Of a stretch of 64,000 bases of DNA, positions 57,226-64,000 are shown piece after piece. Source of the DNA: an uncultured Gammaproteobacteria bacterium (GTDB lineage Bacteria; Patescibacteriota; Microgenomatia; UBA8517); the NCBI GenBank assembly GCA_964587425.1, contig CAZPLB010000003.1, forward strand, positions 60,763 through 124,762, written 5' to 3'. Under the pieces are notes generated by a model, which ran no database searches, was not told the DNA's origin, and worked only from the letters and a program-made list of their open reading frames with translations. Position 1 is the first letter of the stretch; the number at the start of each line of letters is the position of its first letter. Made by a program: the position numbers and the translations under genes.

Positions 57226-58097
57226 TAAATTAATTCAACAAGTCTATCAATTCCAAAAGAGAAGCCGACAGCAGGGATATCTCGTCCGGCAAACATGCCA
57301 ATCAGTTTGTCATATCTGCCTCCTCCTCCAATAGATTGCTCCTCTGGCTTCCCAGTTGGTTTCAATTCAAGAATTGTAGAGGTGTAGTAGTCAAGACCTC
57401 GGGCCAGTGTTGGATCAAAGAAAAAGTCATTTCCTTCTTTCAGACCATACTCTTTTTCAAGAACTTCGAATATATCTTTCAAATTTTCGGTTGGCTTCAA
57501 TCCCTCAACAAAGTCAATTAATTTTTTCTCAGTATTTTCCTTTCCAATTTTATATATCTTATCTATTATTCGAATATCAGCTACTGACAGTCCTTCAAAA
57601 TTTTCCCTGTCATTAATAGCCATTTGAGCTTTCTCTAAACCAATTTTTCTGGCAGATTTCAAGGCAGCTGCAATTACTTTTGCATCCATCTTCAAATCCT
57701 TTGATCCAACTATATCTGCATCAAATTGTGTAAATTCACGATATCTTCCTTTCTGTGTATTTTCACCCCTAAAGACTTGTCCTATTTGATAGCGTGCAAA
57801 GGAACCCTTTGCAATCAACTCTAAATTATTGGCAATGTACCGAGCCAGCGGCACAGTCAAGTCGTATCGAAGTGCCAAATCTCGTCCACCTCGATCAGTG
57901 AATTCATATATAAGTTTCTCCTCTTCACCATATTTCCCTTTTAAAGTTTCTGCAAACTCAATTGTAGGAGTCTCAAGAGGGGAGAAATCAAACTCTTCCA
58001 ATACATCAGCAATCAAGCTTATTGTCTCACGCCTTTTCTTGGCAAGCGATGAATCAATGTCTCTAAATCCTTTTGGTGTAACTGGACCCTTTTGCAT
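57225..58097 (-). CDS. hisS: Histidine--tRNA ligase catalytic core (no anticodon domain)
   Basis: PKGFRD, LRYDLTVP, FRGE..QKGRYREFTQ, LARGLDYYT, GGGRYD, GFSFGIDRL then stop. Confidence 0.82.
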   Translation of the reverse strand: MQKGPVTPKGFRDIDSSLAKKRRETISLIADVLEEFDFSPLETPTIEFAETLKGKYGEEEKLIYEFTDRGGRDLALRYDLTVPLARYIANNLELIAKGSFARYQIGQVFRGENTQKGRYREFTQFDADIVGSKDLKMDAKVIAAALKSARKIGLEKAQMAINDRENFEGLSVADIRIIDKIYKIGKENTEKKLIDFVEGLKPTENLKDIFEVLEKEYGLKEGNDFFFDPTLARGLDYYTSTILELKPTGKPEEQSIGGGGRYDKLIGMFAGRDIPAVGFSFGIDRLVELI

Positions 58098-58166
58098 ATC
58101 TAGTGTGAATAATAACAGGAATGTGAAGTTTTTAGAAGGTTCTTTACAAACCAGCAAACAATATCT

Positions 58167-58619
58167 CTAAACCGTGAGAACCAATTCTTCCTCACCCACT
58201 CGAAGCACTGGCATATCGTCTACAGTTGGTTTGTCTAAGTTTATTATGAAATACAATCTTCCATCCATATCAAGAACCTGAAAAAAATAATTGGGGTAAT
58301 CATTATTCTTAAAAAACCACTGTCCCTTCACCTTGGGGTACCATTTAATATCTTGAACACTGAATTGTCGCTTCATCCTTTCAAGCTCTTTGGTTTGGGT
58401 AATGCGTTCAAAATTTCCCGCCCCATTAACACCTCGAACTACTACATCTGATTTTATCCTTTTTCTTAACGGTAGTGATTCCTCCATTGTAAAACGATGT
58501 GCCCCGGCACCATATTCGTGACCCTTTTCGACACATGAAAGAATTTTCTCATCATTCAATGACTCGCGAATTACATGCACCACTTCACGAACGTAAATTT
58601 TGTCGGTTTCCTTACTCAT
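58167..58619 (-). CDS. Hypothetical protein
   Basis: 150-aa ORF; TAAGAT 8 nt before ATG. Confidence 0.6.
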   Translation of the reverse strand: MSKETDKIYVREVVHVIRESLNDEKILSCVEKGHEYGAGAHRFTMEESLPLRKRIKSDVVVRGVNGAGNFERITQTKELERMKRQFSVQDIKWYPKVKGQWFFKNNDYPNYFFQVLDMDGRLYFIINLDKPTVDDMPVLRVGEEELVLTV

Positions 58620-58640
58620 ATATTCCTATCTTATACTTAT

Positions 58641-59651
58641 TTATTTTGAAGTAACTATCCAAATATTTCTAGCAGTTAATTTATTCTCTGTTACTTCCCC
58701 AGCTACTATCACCAAACTATCATTTGTTAAATTAACAAACTTAGAAAGTACTGTCTTGCCGTTCTGTAGTTTGAAAACTGACACTCCGTCAGTAGAAAGA
58801 GAAGCTGCAAAAGTTTGTCCAGATTTCGTTTTCAAGTTAAATGTATTTTTGGTTAAGTCACTAACTTTGCCAATTAATATTTTTCTCTTTGAGGCAGTTA
58901 AAGTGTCAGTAACTAATACCCTAGAGGATTCCAGTACGCCATTTGCATTCTTTGTTCCCATAGCAACAACAAAGTCTCCAATAGCAAGATCATTCTTTTT
59001 AATTACTTTTGAAGTAGTAGCTGTTGATTTAATGAAAACAGTGGTTGTTGGATTAATGGAAATTTGCTGTATCTCTCCTTTTAAGTTTTTAATTTGAATA
59101 GTATCATCTGGCAAATCTGTAACTATTCCAAGGTAACTTGTTCCTCTCTGTGTCACTTTGTCTAATTTCTCCTGCACCTTCTTCCTCACCGCATCTTCAG
59201 TTGCCGTACTTATTGAAGCGTCAGTAGTTGTTTCTTTTTGAAACTCAGTTGAAAAAACAAGAAGTAAATCTGTTTCAATTGAATTTTCGCTCATATCAAA
59301 TGAAGCAAGTTTGACTTGGTTTGCCCCACCACTCAGTTCCAATGGAACTTCAAAAGTTCCAGAGTCTGTTGCAACTTGAAGTTCATCATCTTCTTCCCCT
59401 GAAACCACCACAAACGATTGCGGTTTAACTAGCCCCGAAATATTAGTAGGGGATGAGGTTATCACTTCAAAATTGTCTGGTTTTGCAATAGCAATCTTTA
59501 GCTGTGTTGTTTTGTCTTGTACTGTTTGTTTTGAAGGTTCGCTGTTTGGAGTCTTACTGTTCAAGTAGCTATTTGCCCTCCAAACTCCAAAAGCAACAAG
59601 AAGACCAAACAAACTTCCCGCCAAAATTGCCAAGAAAACTTCCTTGTTCAT
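58641..59651 (-). CDS. Membrane-anchored hypothetical protein (Ig-like plus OB/DUF5666-like repeats)
   Basis: N-terminal TM, G.F...L.L..G.N Ig-like motif, DL..GD.V...G repeats. Confidence 0.7.
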   Translation of the reverse strand: MNKEVFLAILAGSLFGLLVAFGVWRANSYLNSKTPNSEPSKQTVQDKTTQLKIAIAKPDNFEVITSSPTNISGLVKPQSFVVVSGEEDDELQVATDSGTFEVPLELSGGANQVKLASFDMSENSIETDLLLVFSTEFQKETTTDASISTATEDAVRKKVQEKLDKVTQRGTSYLGIVTDLPDDTIQIKNLKGEIQQISINPTTTVFIKSTATTSKVIKKNDLAIGDFVVAMGTKNANGVLESSRVLVTDTLTASKRKILIGKVSDLTKNTFNLKTKSGQTFAASLSTDGVSVFKLQNGKTVLSKFVNLTNDSLVIVAGEVTENKLTARNIWIVTSK

Positions 59652-59722
59652 ATATTAGGTACCAAATACTATATGAAATTGGCCTTGAAAGTCAAGGCAA
59701 ACCATGTTAATTTGAGAGACAA

Positions 59723-60373
59723 ATGGAAATAACATATCTGGGTCAGTCCTCCTTTAAGATTAAAACAAAGAATTCTATAGTCATTACTGATCCATTTGAT
59801 CCAAAGATGGTAGGACTAAAGTTTGAAAAGCAGGAAGCAAACATTGTGACTGTCTCCCACCACCATAATGACCACGACAATCTTGGAGCGATCGATGGAA
59901 CCATGAAAGTTATAGATGGCCCTGGGGAATATGACATTGCAGACGTTGCAGTACGAGGTTTTAAAACATATCACGATAATTCAGAAGGCAAAGAAAGAGG
60001 AAAAAACACAATTTATGTTATCGAAGCAGACGGAGTAAAGGTATTGCATCTTGGAGACTTGGGTCACAAATTATCAGAAGGTCTGCTTAAGGAATTGGGG
60101 AGTATTGATGTCGTCATAGTTCCAGTTGGGGGAGTGTACACACTAAATGGGAAAGAGGCAGTTGAGGTAGTAAGGCAAATCGAACCAACCATCACTATTC
60201 CAATGCATTTTAAAGTAGATGGTATGGCTCCAGACCTTGCCAAAGATATGGAAACTGTAGATCCATTCTTAAGTGAATTAGGAGGAAGAGTTGAAAGAAT
60301 GCAAAAATTATCACTCAAAGCTGCTGATTTAACGAGCGAGGAGGCACATGTCGTCGTCCTTGAAAAGAAGTAG
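59723..60373 (+). CDS. MBL-fold metallo-hydrolase
   Basis: ITDPF, SHHHNDH, HLGDLG, PVGG, IPMH. Confidence 0.9.
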   Translation: MEITYLGQSSFKIKTKNSIVITDPFDPKMVGLKFEKQEANIVTVSHHHNDHDNLGAIDGTMKVIDGPGEYDIADVAVRGFKTYHDNSEGKERGKNTIYVIEADGVKVLHLGDLGHKLSEGLLKELGSIDVVIVPVGGVYTLNGKEAVEVVRQIEPTITIPMHFKVDGMAPDLAKDMETVDPFLSELGGRVERMQKLSLKAADLTSEEAHVVVLEKK

Positions 60374-62978
60374 TTCTCCAAAAGTCCCGCCCCATTCAAC
60401 AGAAGCTGAAATTTCAGTTTTAGGTGCACTTCTTTTGGACAAAGACGCAATAGTAAATGTAGCAGAATTCCTGGAGGGAAGGCATTTCTATGATGAAAGG
60501 CACCAAGAAATATATGAAACCATTCTTGTGCTTTACGAAGAAAGATCTCCGATTGATATCTTAACTGTCTCAGATAGACTCAAGAAAAGAAAAACCTTGA
60601 AGAAAGTAGGAGGATCTTCATATCTCTCGGATTTAGTAAATAAAGTTCCAACCTCAGCCCACATTGAGCATTATGGAAAAATAGTGAAAGATGCCAGTAC
60701 AAAAAGATCTCTTTTAAACGCAGCCATGCAGCTAGTTGATTTTTCCTTTGATGAAGGGCTTGGTGCAAACGAACTGCTGGACAAAGCAGAAGCAGAAATT
60801 TTCTCCCTCACCCAAAAACATCTCTCCCAAAGTTTTACTCCAGTCAGAGCCGCTCTTGCTGATTCATTTGATAGGCTAGATGAACTACATAAACTAGATT
60901 CCAACCTTAGAGGGGTTCCAACTGGTTTTGCAGATCTAGACAATCTTCTTGCAGGACTCCAAAAATCAAACCTCATAATCCTTGCAGCAAGGCCAGGTGT
61001 TGGGAAAACTTCGCTTGCCTTGAATATTGGCCAGCACTTGGCAGTCACCCATAAACGCCCTGTCGGTTTCTTCTCACTTGAAATGAGCAAGGAGGAATTG
61101 GTGGACAGACTTCTTGTGGCCCAAGCAGATATTGATGCTTGGAAATTAAAAACTGGAAAGTTAAACAACGACGATTTCACAGCCCTTAGTAACGCAATGG
61201 GGGAGTTGGCAGAAGCACCTTTTTACATAGACGACACCCCAGCCCTTTCCATTCTTGAAATGAGAACAAAGGCAAGAAGACTGCAGGTGGAGTATGGAAT
61301 TGATCTTCTCATAGTTGATTACCTACAGCTTGCAAGAAGTAGAAACCTTGAGAATAGAGTTCAAGAGGTTTCAGAAATCTCACAAGGCTTAAAAAACTTA
61401 GCCAGGGAACTAAAGATTCCAGTCCTAACTCTTTCCCAGCTTTCAAGAGCTGTAGAACAAAGAGGAACCAAAAAACCTCAGCTTGCAGATCTTCGTGAAT
61501 CAGGATGTTTGCTGGGGGAAACTTTGATACTCAACGCAGAAACTGGTGAGCGTAAAACAATTGAATCTCTAGTAGGGGAAGAAAACATCAAAATACTTGC
61601 AATGGACGAAAATCTGAAAATTATACCAGCTGAAGTAAGTAAGATTTTTAAAAGTGGAAAGAAAATGGTCTACAAAATGACGCTAAAAAGCGGCAGAGTA
61701 ATAAACGCCTCTGGAAATCATCCATTCCTAAAGGTTCAGGATTGGGAAAGACTTGATAATTTGAATATTGGCGACAGAATCGCTGCCCCTAGATTAATCA
61801 ATAATGAAACCAAGAATGCGGTTGAACTATCCGACAACAAATTAATTCTCTTAGCTCATTTAATAGGGGATGGATGCTATGTTAAAAGGCAACCCCTGCA
61901 CTACACAAATTCTGAAATAAAGCTGATTGAAATAGTTAAAGACACAGCCCTTTCTGAATTCAAAATAAAACCTCGAATAGTAAAACAAGAAAATTGGTAT
62001 CACCTATATCTTCCATCAATTGAAAAATTGGCTCGTGGAAAAAGAAACCCAATTGTTAGGTGGTTGGATGAAGAATTGAGTATTTATGGCCAACATTCCA
62101 GACAAAAAGAAATCCCATCAATTGTTATGACACAACCAAAGGAAAAACTAGCTGTATTCCTCAAAAATTTATGGGCAACAGATGGTTGTATCCACCTAAA
62201 TTCAAATCTCCAAGGACCAAAAGTAAGAATTTACTACGCTTCAGGCAGTTGGAAGCTTGCAGAGGGAGTTGCCCATCTTCTTCTTAGATTTGGAATAATA
62301 TCAACAATTAGAGCAGGCCACAAGGCAGGCTATGAGGTTGTTTGGCAGGTTCATGTACAAGGAAAAGTTGATCAATTAAATTTCCTGCAAAAAATTGGCT
62401 GTGTTGGGAAGAAAGAAGATTTTTGCAAGAAAGCGATCACTATTCTTCAAAATATCAAAGAAAATCCAAACAATGATGTAATTCCAAAAGAAATATGGAA
62501 TTACATTGAAAAACTAAGAATAGAAAGAGGGCTATCTACTCGTCAGTTCCATCATGAAATGGGTTGGGCATATAGTGGAACACAAAGATTAAAAAATGGA
62601 GTAAGCAGAAAAAGACTAGTGGAAATTTTAAAAGTACTTGAAAACAAAGAACTCGAGTCTTTTGCACAGTCAGATATCTATTGGGATGAGGTTAAAAGTG
62701 TCGAAAAGATAGGAATCAAAGATGTATATGACATGACTGTTCCCATATATGCAAATTTCATCGCCAATGATATTGTAGTTCACAACAGTATAGAGCAAGA
62801 TGCCGACGTAGTAATGTTTTTGTGGAGAGAGGATGAAGAGAAATTGGAAGACATGATTCTTGAAATTTCAAAACATAGAAATGGACCCCTTGGACAAGTG
62901 AAGCTTCACTTCAAGGGTGATAGAATAAGGTTCTATGGACGTGAAACAAAACACCAGCAAAGCCCGCAAGGAAAGTAG
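60348..62978 (+). CDS. dnaB: Replicative DNA helicase DnaB (intein-containing)
   Basis: PPHSTEAE, AARPGVGKT, FSLEM, VDYLQL, LSQLSR, DLRESG|...|SIEQDAD, KHRNG. Confidence 0.97.
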   Translation: MSSSLKRSSSPKVPPHSTEAEISVLGALLLDKDAIVNVAEFLEGRHFYDERHQEIYETILVLYEERSPIDILTVSDRLKKRKTLKKVGGSSYLSDLVNKVPTSAHIEHYGKIVKDASTKRSLLNAAMQLVDFSFDEGLGANELLDKAEAEIFSLTQKHLSQSFTPVRAALADSFDRLDELHKLDSNLRGVPTGFADLDNLLAGLQKSNLIILAARPGVGKTSLALNIGQHLAVTHKRPVGFFSLEMSKEELVDRLLVAQADIDAWKLKTGKLNNDDFTALSNAMGELAEAPFYIDDTPALSILEMRTKARRLQVEYGIDLLIVDYLQLARSRNLENRVQEVSEISQGLKNLARELKIPVLTLSQLSRAVEQRGTKKPQLADLRESGCLLGETLILNAETGERKTIESLVGEENIKILAMDENLKIIPAEVSKIFKSGKKMVYKMTLKSGRVINASGNHPFLKVQDWERLDNLNIGDRIAAPRLINNETKNAVELSDNKLILLAHLIGDGCYVKRQPLHYTNSEIKLIEIVKDTALSEFKIKPRIVKQENWYHLYLPSIEKLARGKRNPIVRWLDEELSIYGQHSRQKEIPSIVMTQPKEKLAVFLKNLWATDGCIHLNSNLQGPKVRIYYASGSWKLAEGVAHLLLRFGIISTIRAGHKAGYEVVWQVHVQGKVDQLNFLQKIGCVGKKEDFCKKAITILQNIKENPNNDVIPKEIWNYIEKLRIERGLSTRQFHHEMGWAYSGTQRLKNGVSRKRLVEILKVLENKELESFAQSDIYWDEVKSVEKIGIKDVYDMTVPIYANFIANDIVVHNSIEQDADVVMFLWREDEEKLEDMILEISKHRNGPLGQVKLHFKGDRIRFYGRETKHQQSPQGK
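61506..62786 (+). mobile_element. Intein with LAGLIDADG homing endonuclease (427 aa)
   Basis: Begins CLLGET after RESG, ends IVVHN before S; block B SGNHPFL; LAHLIGDG and LWATDG endonuclease motifs. Confidence 0.95.
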
Positions 62979-62981
62979 ATT

Positions 62982-63191
62982 ATGATAGAAAGACCAAACG
63001 AAATACAGAAAAAAAGTAGAGAAGAGCCCAAAACTTTAAGAGATGAAGTAGATTTTTATTCACATCGGCGTGGAGGTGTAAAAGCTTATGGAACTAGTGA
63101 TTTTGGAATAATCTATGAAATTACTGAATTAAGAATAAAACCAACTCCAGAATTGAAACAGCGACCCGAAAGTAATAATATTAATGAATGA
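62982..63191 (+). CDS. Small hypothetical protein
   Basis: 69-aa ORF filling the gap; overlaps the next start. Confidence 0.45.
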   Translation: MIERPNEIQKKSREEPKTLRDEVDFYSHRRGGVKAYGTSDFGIIYEITELRIKPTPELKQRPESNNINE

Positions 63192-63610
63192 TTGGTCTTA
63201 CTCCACTTGCTCTCCTTTTTACTCTAGGAGCTATTGGCATCTCAGAAACTGTTTACTTGATCAAGAAAAGACATGCTGAAGCAGCTCCAGTATGTTTTAT
63301 TGGTGCAGATTGCCACACAGTTCTTGAAAGCAAATACAATACAATTCTTGGAATCCATAATGATATTTTAGGGTTATTATTCTATATTTTTATTTCCATC
63401 ATGAGTGCCCTAATCCTTATTGAAGCTTTCCCTGTTGAACTTCTAAAACTAATTGATGTAATTGCAATAATATTGGGAGCAGTCATGTCAGTTTACTTCA
63501 CATACCTTCAAAAATTTGTAATCAAAGCTTGGTGTTTTTGGTGCTTGATGAGTGCCTTAACAGTTTTTACAATGACAGTAATAGTAATTCTTGCAGGATT
63601 CACAATATGA
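63188..63610 (+). CDS. Vitamin K epoxide reductase (VKOR) family protein
   Basis: C...DC..VL.SKY...LGI, WCFWC CxxC. Confidence 0.9.
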   Translation: MIGLTPLALLFTLGAIGISETVYLIKKRHAEAAPVCFIGADCHTVLESKYNTILGIHNDILGLLFYIFISIMSALILIEAFPVELLKLIDVIAIILGAVMSVYFTYLQKFVIKAWCFWCLMSALTVFTMTVIVILAGFTI

Positions 63611-63978
63611 ATAAAACTAGTTTTCATATATTAAGAGTTGGAATAGCAATAACTTTTCTTTGGATTGGAGTTCTAATCCTCAAAAACCCAGTTGCATGGA
63701 GCGGTTACATTCAAGGTTGGGTGGTAAACCTACTCTCTGTACCCCCAGAACAGGTGATGATAATGATTGCAATCCAAGACCTTGCAATTGGAGCATTCCT
63801 GCTTATAGATATGTTTACCTGGTTTTTTGCAGCTGCTGCGGTACTTCACCTTGCAACTGTGTTAATTGTTTCTGGAATAAACGATGTAACAATTCGTGAT
63901 GTTGGACTGCTTTCAGCAAGCCTTGCGTTGTTTGCTCAAACCCTTCCTCAATGGGTTATCTCAAAATTCAAACATTAA
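63607..63978 (+). CDS. DoxX-like membrane protein
   Basis: LRVGIAITFLWIG, RDVGLL; ATGA overlap with VKOR stop. Confidence 0.7.
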   Translation: MNKTSFHILRVGIAITFLWIGVLILKNPVAWSGYIQGWVVNLLSVPPEQVMIMIAIQDLAIGAFLLIDMFTWFFAAAAVLHLATVLIVSGINDVTIRDVGLLSASLALFAQTLPQWVISKFKH

Positions 63979-63985
63979 GCATTTG

Positions 63986-64000
63986 TGCCGAGGGAGAGAA
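63986..64000 (-). tRNA. 3' end of a tRNA (probably Leu) truncated by the window edge
   Basis: Minus strand reads TT-CTCTC-CCTCGGC-A, fitting T-stem 3' side, acceptor strand and discriminator A; only 15 nt visible. Confidence 0.45.

Noticed and set aside
57225-58097. HisZ (ATP-PRT regulatory subunit)
   Set aside because: Catalytic HisRS motifs are fully conserved and no his biosynthesis genes are nearby; not fully excluded without the whole genome
59681-59697. GCCTTGA-AAG-TCAAGGC hairpin as a terminator
   Set aside because: It lies between divergent genes and is explained by two opposed -35 boxes (TTGAAA / TTGACT)
137-63899. Numerous 60-170 aa ORFs antisense or out-of-frame to recognised genes (e.g. 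137-412, 29504-29974, 54090-54614, 58600-59097, 60671-61180)
   Set aside because: They lie within confidently identified genes and show no motifs; shadow ORFs
1-64000. CRISPR array, rRNA, IS/transposase, integrase or prophage
   Set aside because: No repeat-spacer periodicity, rRNA-like tract or recombinase/phage structural motifs seen by eye

Overview
This is a gene-dense, AT-rich bacterial chromosomal segment that looks like Patescibacteria/CPR (Microgenomates-like). That placement is inferred from the reduced synteny (rpsB-tsf-frr without pyrH; rseP-proS without uppS/cdsA/dxr), shortened core proteins and many ORFans between core genes. Core genes: mreB, mrdA, dprA, topA, rpsB, tsf, frr, rseP, proS, ybeY, dnaX, ybaB, recR, cysS, ychF, rpsF-ssb-rpsR, an S41 peptidase, prfA, rpmE, hisS, and dnaB carrying a LAGLIDADG intein. 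Accessory content: an 8-gene thymidylate/one-carbon cluster (dcd-dut-thyX-DNPH1-like-tmk-tdk-glyA-folD) opposite a tandem winged-helix-like ORF, a Phd-VapC TA pair, an orphan AbrB gene, a DUF5678-like + retropepsin pair, Fic, an Abi-alpha-like gene, a CsoR/CupA/CopA copper locus, three VOC genes and two NUDIX genes. The most notable observations are: (1) an unassigned, highly structured ~112-nt RNA candidate at 49203-49314; (2) the thymidylate cluster, which is a compositional mosaic and shares an acidic N-terminus style with the ORFans (possible exported protein class, hypothesis only); (3) HisRS with no anticodon-binding domain and RF1 with no N-terminal domain; (4) a dnaX slippage site; (5) pervasive leaderless and bidirectional promoters, including a duplicated promoter flanking an ORFan. 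No CRISPR array, rRNA, IS or prophage was seen. All family calls come from motif recognition by eye, not from database searches.
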